From Octopus vulgaris (lineage: Eukaryota), in assembly GCA_951406725.2 (NCBI GenBank), contig OX597836.1, forward strand, positions 20,398,001-20,462,000: a stretch of DNA of 64,000 nt, read 5' to 3'. The notes below the pieces were generated by a model. It made no database searches, was not told the DNA's origin, and saw nothing but the letters and a program-made list of their open reading frames with translations. Positions 13,865-25,905 of this stretch are shown in pieces. Made by a program: the position numbers and the translations under genes. The number at the start of each line of letters is the position of its first letter. The first letter of the stretch is position 1.

Positions 13865-14581
13865 TTAACCCTTTCGTTACTGTATTTATTTTGAGATGCT
13901 CTGTGTTTCTTTCAATTATTCTAAATATAACAAAGAATTAAGTAAAATAACTTAGTTACCATTAAGCTAGTGTTAGGAACATAAATTGGGACTAAGGTTT
14001 GGTGGAAGATTTTAATTCAGGACTTTTGAAAACAAGACATTTGTATTCAGAGCCAGAGCCAGTTTCAGCTGGGTTGGTATCAAAAGGGTTAAAAATATCA
14101 TGATGACTTTAACCCTTTTGTTACCTTATTTCTGTTGAGATGCTCTGTGTTTCTTTCAATTATTCTAAATATAACAAAGAATTAAGTAAAATAACTTAGT
14201 TACCATTAAGCTAGTGTTAGGAACATAAATTGGGACTAAGGTTTGGTGGAAGATTTTAATTCAGGACTTTTGAAAACAAGACATTTGTATTCAGAGCCAG
14301 AGCCAGTTTCAGCTGGGTTGGTATCAAAAGGGTTAAAAATATCATGATGACTTTAACCCTTTTGTTACCTTATTTCTGTTGAGATGCTCTGTGTTTCTTT
14401 CAATTATTCTAAATATAACAAAGAATTAAGTAAAATAACTTAGTTACCATTAAGCTAGTGTTAGGAACATAAATTGGGACTAAGGTTTGGTGGAAGATTT
14501 TAATTCAAAACTTATGGAAACAAGGCATTTGTACTATGGAGCCAGAGTCAGTTTCAGCCGGGTTGGTAACAAAAGGGTTAA
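13865..14581. mobile_element. Three tandem piggyBac-like MITEs, family B (244-bp period; other copies about 3700-3935, 4785-5008, 20861-21086, 21160-21317, 27295-27512)
   Basis: TTAA-ccctt...aaggg-TTAA units starting at 13865, 14109 and 14353. Confidence 0.9.
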
Positions 14582-15088
14582 AGAAGTACCAGCAGCTATT
14601 GAGACTTCTGTACAGTGAATAATAAGAGGTAGAGTTACTAACAAATTTATGCTAATATGGCTGAATATTCCTGGCCTAGTCACAATGATGATGATGATGA
14701 TGATGATGATGCAATGGCTATTGACAAGCCTGGAATTGTTAACACACTACTTGAATATGATAACAAGAATAAGATGTGTAACTTTGATAAGAATGTCCAA
14801 AACACAGTTGACATGCACTGACTGTACAACATGCGTAGACTGACAGAATTTAATTGCATTGAGGCACAACAGTGCATGCTGTACTTTCAGTGAATATGTT
14901 TCTAGTTCTGGACCAGCTGGAAATAAATTGTATTCAGTCATAATGAAAGGAGAATATGCAAAAAAATGGAGGAACTAACTGATACATAACAACAGCTTGG
15001 CACATACAGACAGACACATGCATGTATATATATGTAGGCATATGAAGTGTTTATATATATATATATAATATACATATATAACATATAC

Positions 15089-15358
15089 TATCTGAAATGT
15101 ATAGTATTAAATACCCATCATGGCTGGTATTGCATAAAGAATACATTGGCGTGTTAGGTAACAGCTGTTTATATAATTTTACACTCATCAGAGTTAGCCG
15201 ATATGGAAGGGAATATGGTGTCCCTTTTATATTAGCTAACTCTGATGAGCGTAGAGTTATATAATCGGTTTGTTACCTAACACTCCATTGTATTCCTTAT
15301 GTGAAACTGATTGGTAAGACCAACCTTGATAGATATTTAATACCATACATTTCGGATA
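15089..15358. repeat. Foldback element with CTGATGAG in both arms
   Basis: Imperfect arms of about 115 bp; CTGATGA at 15242-15248 (+) and 15185-15191 (-). Confidence 0.8.
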
Positions 15359-16989
15359 ATATACCCACTCTACTGACATATATGAGTGCATCTTTTCCCC
15401 GACTTATTGCCTCTTAGACGACAAAGGGTAAAAGTCACCTATGCATATCAGTCTCTTTGCTCCACACCATAGATATTGACCAAGAGAAAGGCAAATGCTG
15501 ATACAGCTTGGCACCAGTGAAGTTGCAGTTCATTTCTACAGCTGAGTGAACTGGAGCAATGTGAAGTAAAGAGTCTTCCTCAAGAATACAACACATAGCA
15601 CAGTCCAGGAATTGAACTCACAATTTCACAGTTGTAATCCCAATGCTCTCACCACAGAGCAATGCACCTTCATCATAAATATATATAATTTTTTTCTCTA
15701 CACACATGCATAGTCATATATATATACATACACACATATGAATATATATAATTATGTATATGTGTAAATTTGTTACTGTAGTCAGTACATTCTTCAATAT
15801 TCACAATTTCATGAATGAATGTATGTATATATATATCTATGTGAGTGTTTATATTTGGTACATTTATAGTCAGTGTGACACATTAAATTTTTCAATACAA
15901 TATGTGTGTGTGTGTGTGTGTGTAAGTGTGTTCCAAGAGAATTAGTAGCTTATAGAAAATAAAATCATAAATCAAAATTTTTTTATTTCAAGAAACAAAA
16001 CAAAAAATAAAAAAAACTGAAAAATTATTTTTGAAAGGACAATTAATTCATGATTTTATATTTTAGCCCAAAATGTTTTGCCTTCCTCACTTTTTTTTTT
16101 TGTCAATTTACCTTTATTTTAACACCTGATAAACATCCCACTTTTGTTGTATATTATATCCCAATTAGTATTTTTATGAAATTATTATCACAATTTCATA
16201 ATTTGATTGCAAAAAGCAACAAAAAAAAAATAGTACAAACAAAATTTTCTAATGAGTTTCTTATCATCTCCCACCCACCACAAGTTATTAATGATGATTA
16301 ATTATCTACTCAACTCTTCAGAACTGTTCTTCATTATCTTCAGCATTTGTGTCTGCATTCCAATATTCTACCTTTCCCCTGTTGTCACCAAAATCAATTT
16401 TATACCTGTTTCAGGAAACCTCTTATAGTTCTTTCTTCTGCCCATAGTTTATGCATAATTGCGTCTATACATATTGGAATGGTGTTAATCCTATTGGTGA
16501 TGATTAGTAAGAAAAGTATAAAGGAACATCAGGGATGGGATTATTTACTTACCTTTTTTCTTTTGTTTGTTGGATTTAATTGCTGGGTTAATTTGACTCT
16601 TCCATCAATCTAGTGACATCTGGCTATAAAAACTGGTACAAACGAATGATACAACCAGTTTTGACCCCACACCACCATCACCACCACCACTTTACTCCCA
16701 AGTAAGAGAGTCACTATGTCATTGCTCGACTTGCAAGAAATAACAGCTGAAAACTCTACGTATCACACTATAATGCATAATACAATGTACACACAATATA
16801 ATGCTACTCTAGATACTCTTAAAAATACAAAAAATGAAAGGATTGCCATGGCTGGAATGCCTTTAATAATGGATTAACCAAATGTTGACCTGAACTTTAA
16901 CAACATCAAAACTGCCCACATTGTTCCAATGTTCTCAGATATAAGCAGAGAAAAATCTTGCTCATATATACATATATATATATATACAT

Positions 16990-17044
<55 letters not shown>

Positions 17045-17187
17045 GAAATGAAGAAAATGCTGACAAAATAATTTAAGTAATTTAATTAGGTGTAAGTTCT
17101 TTTTACCGGTTGCACATTTGTTATGCTTATCAAAAGATAATATTTTTTAAGAGAGATAGAGTTCTTTTCTGATATATTTTTTCCTCT

Positions 17188-17239
<52 letters not shown>

Positions 17240-18009
17240 AAACATGTATATACATATAGATATATATATCTATATATATATATACATACATACATATCAA
17301 CATATATATATACATACATATATATATATATATATATAGGTAGATAGATAGACACATAGATAGATAGATAGATATAGTCCTTGTGTAGTTGGCTCTTTAC
17401 CAAATGAGTTTTTATGATTTATAGTGAAGGAAAAGCTTGCATAGAAATATACTTAGAAGTGGTAACTCTTCCGACCATCTATCCAACAAACTGTTCACAG
17501 TCAATAGTTTATTTTCATGTAAGGCCTTGTTGAGAGAAACCTAATGATTGTCAAAGGAAATGTAATGATATATATATATATATATACACAGACTGGGCCT
17601 GGTGCAGCCTCCTGGCTTCCCAGACCCCAGTTGAACCGTCTAACCCATGCCAGCATGGAAAACGGACGCTAAACGATGATGATGGTGATGATGATGATAC
17701 ACACACACAGATGCATATCATACATATGTGCATATATGTACATACATTTATATATATATATATACATATATACACCACCACAATACAGCTAAACACACTC
17801 ACATATGAATATATATATGCATACATGTATGTAAAAATATATTCATATAAATACATGTGTACATACATATACATACAAACACGCACACAGATGTATGTTT
17901 GTGAGTGATTGCTTTGGAGGTAGAGAAGTTAAATAAAAAAAAAAAAGCACTCAGATACATATTGACACCTCAGAATAAAGAATATATCTAATGCTAGGTC
18001 TCAGTAATA

Positions 18010-18428
18010 TACTCTCTTTTACTCTTTTACTTGTTTCAGTCATTTGACTGCGGCCATGCTGGAGCACCGCCTTTAGTCGAGCAAATCGACCCCGGGAACT
18101 TATTCTTTGTAAGCCCAGTACTTATTCTATCGGTCTCTTTTTTGCCGAACCGCTAAGTGACGGGGACGTAAACACACCAGCATCGGTTGTCAAGCGATGC
18201 TAGGGGGACAAACACAGACACACAAACATATACACACACACTTATATATATATATACATATATACGACAGGCTTCTTTCAGTTTCCGTCTACCAAATCCA
18301 CTCACAAGGCATTGGTCAGCCCGGGGCTATAGCAGAAGACACTTGCCCAAGATGCCACGCAGTGGGACTGAACCCGGAACCATGTGGTTGGTTAGCAAGC
18401 TACTTACCACATAGCCACTCCTGCGCCT
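18010..18428 (-). mobile_element. tRNA-derived SINE with internal (CA/TA)n (other copies about 6535-6846 +, 37530-37920 -, 50642-51040 +, 56661-57047 -)
   Basis: Pol III A-box tggctatgtgg and B-box ggttcagtccc; tail ggtgctccagcatggccgcagtcaaatgactgaaacaagtaaaagag repeated across copies. Confidence 0.85.
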
Positions 18429-18429
18429 A

Positions 18430-18672
18430 TTGTGGAACATGTATGGAACACTTACATTTAGGACTGAGTTTCTGTGCCAATAATTCAATGAATATTGCAC
18501 CTCATCAACTTATGGAAGTTTAATGCATACTTGTAGTATGCTCAATATGGGAGTGAACAATGTTGGTATTACAAGCATGCATTAAACTTATATAAGCTGA
18601 TGAGGGGCAATGTTCATTGAATTGTTGGTATAGAAACACAGTCCTGAACATGTTTCATATCTGTACCATTTA
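18430..18672. repeat. Foldback element with two decayed hammerhead-like cores
   Basis: Arms about 110 bp; + arm CTGATGA(18597)...GAAAC(18633)acaGTC; - arm TTGATGA...GAAACtcaGTC. Confidence 0.8.
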
Positions 18673-18683
18673 ATAAATTTAGT

Positions 18684-18718
<35 letters not shown>

Positions 18719-19046
18719 CACTGTGATCGATCAGGCTATCAGATGTTGTTACACATCGCTGGTCACAATGCGCTTTGCATTGTTTTAGCCTTTAAATGAC
18801 GCCACCCCGCTGGCTAAGTGGGCAGGCCAATATATATATATATATATATATTTCCATGTTAGAGGTTGGGAAGCCAACCAACTAAGGGATAGTACCTCTC
18901 CAATATACTGCTGGTAGTGTAGCCAATTATTACTACTCAAACACTGGTTATTGTGTGGCAATTTCACAATAAAGTGTCATATATGGGTGGGGGTAAAAAG
19001 TGGTTTACCCTTAATATATATGGCAAAAACGAAAATAGAGAGGACA

Positions 19047-19302
19047 CAAAAATGACATACATCAGCCGGTAGACATTCTATTATGTCTATTTATTCTAAA
19101 ACATAAGGAAGTGTTATAATATATACACATGCAAAGACTGTGTGCTACATATGTACTGGTAATACATAAAAGATTAAAAGAGTACTCTTTTATGAATTAC
19201 TAGTACATATGTGTATATATTCTTATAATACCTCCTTATGTTTTAGAATAAATAGTCATAATAGAATATAGAATGCCTACTGGCTGATGTATGTAATTTT
19301 TG
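19047..19302. repeat. Long foldback element next to microsatellite
   Basis: caaaaatgacatacatcagccggtagacattcta... mirrored by ...tagaatgcctactggctgatgtatgtaatttttg. Confidence 0.85.
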
Positions 19303-19329
19303 AATCCCCCACCATTTTCTTTTCTGCTG

Positions 19330-19330
<1 letters not shown>

Positions 19331-19401
<71 letters not shown>

Positions 19402-19439
19402 TACATACATACATATATATACATACATACATACATATA

Positions 19440-19491
<52 letters not shown>

Positions 19492-19525
19492 CATACATAC
19501 ATATATATATATGTATATATATATG
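19331..19525. repeat. (TA)n/(TACA)n compound microsatellite, representative of dozens in the window
   Basis: Direct reading. Confidence 0.95.
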
Positions 19526-19808
19526 CACATACACAATCCTAATTCATAGCACGAACACAAAATGGATTATGAAATACAAATAATTAGAAAATGAATTACT
19601 TAATTAAATCTCAATAGACGTTGCATAATTTTCTTTCTAGGTGGCAGAGGTGCAGAAAGAAAATATATCTAAGAGATTTACAAGAGATAACAGTAGAATT
19701 ACCTGGTGCACACAAATGCTTTACCTATCATGCATACATATGCATTTGTGTCTGCGCATATATATATACATACATACACATTCATAAAAGCATCTGTATG
19801 TATGGATG

Positions 19809-19858
<50 letters not shown>

Positions 19859-20395
19859 CATATGTGTGTGATGTAATCAGATGATCTTGTACATTAGTAA
19901 AAACAAACTCTTAGTTTAGTGAACACAGAATCATGCATTGATTAACCTAGAACTGCAACAAGTTGTCTGTTAATTATTATTATTATTATTAGTATTGTTA
20001 TTATTAACGCTGTCATCTTCATTATCATCATTGGAAATTAAAAATGAAATAGTGAAAACTATAAAGAAAATCTACCTTTTTAAAACATTGCCTTGAACAT
20101 TCATGGATTCCCTTGAGATACCTTAGGTAAAAATCAAAAATATTTTACATAAAAATTACTAATCAGGTGAGGTTGACAGTTTATTTGCATATAAGACCTC
20201 AGTTTTGTTGGATCTGAGTAAAGAAGACTGTGTGGTCTCCATACATTGCCAAAGGTACACAAGAGAAATGAAATGTCATTGAACACGAAGTAAAACCTGG
20301 CAGCTGAAAGCTTACCTCTTCCTTCATGCATCAGAGATCTGCTTTCCTGGTAAGTGATTAGATCTAAGATTGTATTTTGAAACTAAAACAATTAC

Positions 20396-20562
20396 AGCAT
20401 GTAAGACACATATTAGCCACTCAGATACACAGATAAGTTGCTAGCTTCACTTAAACATTTATTATTTGGTGCAACGAAAATTCTGACACCAAATAATAGA
20501 TGATTAAGTGAAGTTAACTGTTTTTGTGCGTTTCTGAATGGCTAATATGCATATTTCATGCT
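20396..20562. repeat. Foldback element
   Basis: catattagccactcaga...tattatttggtg / caccaaataata...tctgaatggctaatatg. Confidence 0.8.
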
Positions 20563-22481
20563 TTAATCATTATATTCTGCACTTCAGCCCAAAGTCTGTG
20601 GCTATGTTGGGACATACAATCAGTGCATAAATGATTGATTTTTAAGTGACACTCTGTGTCAGCAACAATTAATTATCCAAATCAGAATTTTTAGAAAATT
20701 GATAATTTCGCACTAACTTAGATTCTATGAACTCACCTATATAATTTTTTTAAAGTGTGGCTGTATCTGTGTCTGCATTTCTTTGGGCAATGAGTTGCTG
20801 TGAAGTTTTATTTATATTTTTACACAACAGCATTAGTGACACAGTTGCTGTGAAATAGCTTTAACTCTTTTGATACTAACCTGCCTGAGATTGCCACTGG
20901 TCCTTTGATACAAACCTCCTGCTTTAAATTGATTTAAATTAAGACCTTTTTCCATCAAAATTTTTTGTTGATTTATGCTTCAGACACCAGCTTAATAATA
21001 AGCTATTTTACTAAATTCATTATTTTAAAAATTAAACTGGAATAAAGGCAGTGTATTTCAATATAAATATGGAAACAAAAGGATTAAATATTGTGTGTTT
21101 GTGTGCTGTAACTCACCTGAGACTGCTCCCTAGCTCTCTTATACAAACTTTCTATCTTAAAGTGATCTAAAGTAAAACCTTCCATCAACATTTTCTCTAA
21201 TTTATGTTCCAAACACCAGTTTAATAATGATAAATTTACGTAACTAAATTCTTCGTTATTTCCAAATTTAATTGAAACAAAGTATATTTCAACAGAATAG
21301 TGTAACAAAAGGGTTAATTATAAAAATGAAAACAAAGCTCAGTTATTTTAAAATACAAACAAATATATTCACATATACTGGTTATGTTTTGTTTTACAGA
21401 AAACAGGTAACATTTTTTTTTTATTATTTTAATAAAAAAAACCCAAACAAATAGAAAACAAAATATATATAAAGAAAAAAAAACAAGTAAAGAAAAATAG
21501 TTACCTGGTTTGAATGAAGATGGAGGTGGTGGTGGGGAAATTAAAAAGACGACTAAAGTGATGAAATAAGGAAGAAAATATATTTAAAAACAAAATCCCA
21601 ACAACTCCAACCCCAATTTAAAATTAATATTAAACGACAGGCACTAAGATAGGATAAAGAGATCCCAAGAACTTTTCAACAGAATCCATGTGTTATCGAT
21701 ATGTAAGGAATTTAATTGAAACTTCTGTAAATTTGAATTATTATTATTATTTTACATTTCTTTTGGAATCTATTCTTCTTTTGAGAAGTTTTATCCTTCT
21801 ACCCACAACCTGGCAGTTTTTTCCCCCCCATATCAATTTTTTGAGTTTCAAAACTCAATGATGAAATTGTTCAAATTATATTTCTTCTCTTAAATTTAGA
21901 AATTTTTTTTTGTTTTTAAAAATTTATTGAAAGTATTAATAGTTTCTTCTGGGGATCAAAAAAAAAAATAAATAAAGGATAAGGTTGGAATCAATTAGTA
22001 ATAACTATTTAAACATTTTAAAAATAATGAATAAATTAGAAAAAATGGCTGCTACCATGATTTCATTTAAGGAAATTGAAATTTATATATAGTAAAATAG
22101 AAGGGTTTGGATGGGGTGGGACTGGAGGTCTGATGTGGTGGGTTGAGTGTGGAGGAAAGAGAACCAGAAGAACAGTGTAATGTTTCATGGTATATGTATC
22201 TTATTCTAGAGGATATTGCAATTTAGGAAAGTTAAAATATAGATAATTACTCAATCTTGAAAATGTGATATAGGCTATCCGAAAAAAAAAAAGCAAAATA
22301 AAAAACCCAAGAAGACCCTCAAAAAGACCCTGATCAACACAATTACCAGTTATTAACAGGAATATCTTGTCATCGACTAAACCGATAAATGGTAAAAGTT
22401 CCATATTTCTCTTTATTTCATTGTTTGTTTTTCAAGTTCATTTTGTGTCTCTTCTCCCGTGTTGTTTGTTTATTATTATTA

Positions 22482-22519
<38 letters not shown>

Positions 22520-22939
22520 GTTATTATTTTTACCTTAGAATTTTATAAATTATCTTTGGTAACAAAAGTGAAGTCAAATGAGCCTAGAAAATATTCCAGT
22601 GGATGACAAAATTAAATTTCTTCTTTTTTGTGACCCTTTTTTTAGCTTTTTTTGTTTTTAATATTTTTTACAATTTTAGAGTTAAATTATTAAAATTTAT
22701 CGCCAACATAAAATGCATATTCCGGATATTTGTCTTTCAAATAAAATTTTAAAACAACATTTTTTTCTCCATTTTTTTGTTTTTTTGTTTTAGTTAATAT
22801 GTGAATAATTTTTAATTTTTCTATTGTTGATTTCTCCATTGGTTATTTTCCCCTCCCCCACTAAAACATATAAAGCATGGTCCATAATGCTCCAAACAAA
22901 TGGATATTTCTTCACATTTTTATGTATGTGTGTGTGTGC

Positions 22940-22982
<43 letters not shown>

Positions 22983-22994
22983 ATGCTTTATCTT

Positions 22995-23271
22995 TTAGGA
23001 GGTGATTGTGAGTGTAACTTTCCCTTGTGCATTCTTCAAAATGGAAACTGCTTCTTCATGAGTAACACCATCGAGGCTGACTCCATTTACTGTATGAATT
23101 CTGTCTCCACGCTTCAGTTGCCCATCTGCTTCAGCAGCCCCTGTTGCAAACACTGTTTTCACATAGATTGGTAAATCCCCATGTGGGCTGCCTCGACCGC
23201 CAACTATTGAAAATCCTAAACCTTCTGCTCCTCGTTCCAACACAATTAACCGTACTATCTGATCATCCAAT
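22995..23271 (-). CDS. MPDZ: MPDZ-like terminal coding exon with the complete last PDZ domain (PDZ13-equivalent) and TAA stop
   Basis: tttcag acceptor (phase 2); LERGAEGLGFSIVGGRGSPHGDLPIYVKTVFATGAAEADGQLKRGDRIHTVNGVSLDGVTHEEAVSILKNAQGKVTLTITS* closely matches the MPDZ C-terminal PDZ. Confidence 0.96.
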
Positions 23272-23348
23272 CTGAAACATGAACAAAAGCAGCTATTAGT
23301 TACATAATTTCTTTACTTCAGAGGTGAGTTATTATTAATATATTAGTA

Positions 23349-23560
23349 GGGTGGCAGGCTGGCAGAATCGTCAGCATGCCAGGTGAAATGCCTGGTGGTA
23401 TTTTGTCTGCTGTTATGTTCTGAGTTCAAATTCAGCTGAGGTCGACTTTGCTTCTCATTCTTTTGGGGTCGATAAATTGAGTACCAGTTGCATACTGGGG
23501 TCGATCTAATTGACTGGCCCCCTCCCGCCAAAATTTCAGGTCTTGTGCCAAGAGTAGAAA
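23349..23560 (+). mobile_element. Most abundant SINE family, Nin/Deu-domain-like (more than 20 copies or fragments, e.g. 5170-6330, 6980-7175, 9820-10028, 27855-28625, 37945-38390, 40328-40538, 41338-41772, 46930-47715, 62731-62940)
   Basis: Head gctggcagaatcg..agc, B-box-like gagttcaaatt, core gactttgcctttcatcctttnggggtcgataaa..gtaccag. Confidence 0.85.
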
Positions 23561-23776
23561 AAAATTATTAGTATACTAGTATTACAGGGAATCACAGCAC
23601 AAGTGTTTTCATTGTGACACCTAGAAGTGGTCAAATTGGAGTTCCTCCAAAGGGTCCCTGGAGTAATGTTACTCAACAGGATGCATAGCTCAATGATCAA
23701 GGAGTATCTCCAAGTCAAGTCACTACTTCTCTGCATTGAAAGATCACAGTTCTGGTACCCACTATAGGATACCATG

Positions 23777-24093
23777 TTAACCCCTTACCCAACAATTATT
23801 TTGAAAATAAATGTATTTTTTCAGACATAATTTTTTAATTGTTTTATTTTACTATGTTGTGAATGGTGATTTCGAGGTATATTTCAAACCTTATTTATTA
23901 TGAATTTTAATTCAATAATATTGATTTTAAATTACCGCTTTGGGCAGAAACGAGTTAACCCATTTTTAGACGAAGGAACTCGTTTGCTGTCGATTTTGGC
24001 GAGTCTATCTTTTGACGAGTTAACTCGCCAGAGATAGAAAAAAACGATTTCGGTCAAAACGCATATATTCGTTTCTGCCGGGTAAGGGGTTAA
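23777..24093. mobile_element. piggyBac-like MITE family C
   Basis: TTAA-ccccttaccc...gggtaagggg-TTAA; CpG-rich interior suggests a young insertion. Confidence 0.8.
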
Positions 24094-24418
24094 AAGCACT
24101 GGTGATGGTGTCACATAAAAAGTACTCAGTACACTCAATAAAATGGTTGTCGTTAGGAAGGGCATCCAGCTGTAGAAACCAAGCTATGGAACCTGATGTG
24201 GCCCTTGGCCTTGCCAGTCCCGGTCAAGCAATTTAACCCATGCTAATATGGAAAACACATGTTAAATGTTGTTGATGATGATGATGACAAACCAATTTAT
24301 TCCACTTTCAAACTAATAGGACAAGGGTTGGGAGGGGGAGCATACAATCGTAAGTTACGGTTAAAAAAGAATTAGATAAAAAAATAAATGTTGGAAAGAG
24401 GAAACTGTTTCTACTTAC

Positions 24419-24524
24419 TGATGACTCTCTAAAAGTTCTTCAATGGCTTCATCAGTGAACGACGCTGTTTCACTAGGTGGACGTGAAGGTGAACGACCGT
24501 TAACGTTCACTTTTCTATCTTCTC
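24419..24524 (-). CDS. MPDZ: MPDZ-like exon, linker between the last two PDZ domains
   Basis: tttactttcag acceptor (phase 1), gtaagt donor (phase 2); EDRKVNVNGRSPSRPPSETASFTDEAIEELLESH; phases fit both neighbours. Confidence 0.88.
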
Positions 24525-24585
24525 CTGAAAGTAAACAATTACAAAAAAGTGTATGAGTGAGGTGTTTATCTTCACATGGAAGAAG

Positions 24586-24635
24586 ACAGGGCCCCAAAGA
24601 CCCTTTACAGGGCCCCAAAGACCCTTTACAGGGCC
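24586..24635. repeat. 21-bp tandem repeat, about 2.4 copies
   Basis: Unit acagggccccaaagacccttt. Confidence 0.9.
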
Positions 24636-25425
24636 TCTGATACTGATGCTTGCAACAGAGTGGACCCCGTTAAAGACATTAAAAAACCAGGTGCTGGTGG
24701 TGTTAAACGACATGATGAATTAAATCTACTACTTATGTAGGATAAGGTGGGACTTGAACTGACAATACCAAGAGCCAGAACTAATATCACATGGCATTCT
24801 GTCTGATGCTCTACCATCCAAAACTGGTATTCTACTTTGTCAACCTTGAAAGAATGAAAGGTAAAGTTGGCATTGGTGGGATTTGAACTAAGAACACTGG
24901 AATGAATACTACAAGCTATTTTGTCCAGTGCTCTAACAACTCCACTAATGAGCTGCTTATAAATAAATATTAGAATTAGAACTGGTTAAGTTTATGAAAG
25001 GGCTCTACATGGTTGCATGATGACTGGCTAGAAATAGCAGCCATGTCTTCTTTCAATCATATTTTATTGTTTCAGAAAAGAAAGACACATTGAATGATGA
25101 TACATTATATTTAGGCAAAACAAAAGGTTGGAGGGAGGGAGGTGATTGGTTACAGCTGGAATGCCTTTGATCATAAGTCAGCTCAATCAAGCAATCTCTA
25201 GTGGTCAATCACAACAGTTATTATTATTATTATTATTTCAGTGGTCAAATTTTTACTGTATTCTTTCACTGCATGACCAAATGTAGGCTTTGATCTGGGT
25301 GAATGCAGCATTTAGTTTTATTTTAGTGCTTCCTTGCTCTATTGAACTATTGTTACACAATGTATGCACAGATATTAATAGTCCTACTATCTATAATATC
25401 ATTAATATTCTACAAACACTATATA

Positions 25426-25464
<39 letters not shown>

Positions 25465-25539
25465 TACATATATATATATATGATATGCTTGAGAAGACCT
25501 GTTGAATGAAGTAAAACCAATATTGTAGCTGTGGTAAGT

Positions 25540-25905
25540 ACCTCCTGACTGGCTCCCATGTTGGTGGCACACAAAAAGCACCATACGAACGTCGTCCATG
25601 CCAGGTCCACCTGACTGGCTTCCGTGCTGGTGGCACATAAAAAGCACCATCCAAATTTGGCTGATGTCAGTACCCACTGACTGGCCCTCATGCCAGTGGC
25701 ATGTAAAAAGCACAATCCGAATGTGATCGATGTTAAGCCTACCTGACTGACTCCTGTGCCGGTGGCATGTAAAAAGCACCCACTACACCCTCGGAGTGGT
25801 TGGCATTAGGAAGGGCATCCAGCTGTAGAAACACTGCTAGGTCAGATTGGAGCCATCCAACCTATGCCAGCATGGAAAATGGACATTAAACAATGATGAT
25901 GATGG
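25540..25905 (+). mobile_element. SINE-like repeat with internal gtggcacgtaaaaagcacc subrepeats and (GAT)n tail (also about 10960-11205, 24095-24290, 45550-45865, 60387-60652 -)
   Basis: Shared ggttggcattaggaagggcatccagctgtagaaac and gccagcatggaaaa.ggac.ttaaa.gatgatgat motifs. Confidence 0.75.

Noticed and set aside
18187-18523. ORFs of 75-116 aa overlapping SINEs (also 37586-37891, 57003-57353, 63651-63974)
   Set aside because: Recurrent translations of the same SINE sequence, not host genes.
21495-21510. CAG|gtaact donor-like site in the presumed 3' UTR
   Set aside because: No matching downstream acceptor or exon could be supported.
25540-25790. Regularly spaced gtggcac.taaaaagcac repeats resembling a CRISPR array
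   Set aside because: The spacers are homologous to each other, the context is eukaryotic and there are no cas genes; internal subrepeats of a SINE-like element.
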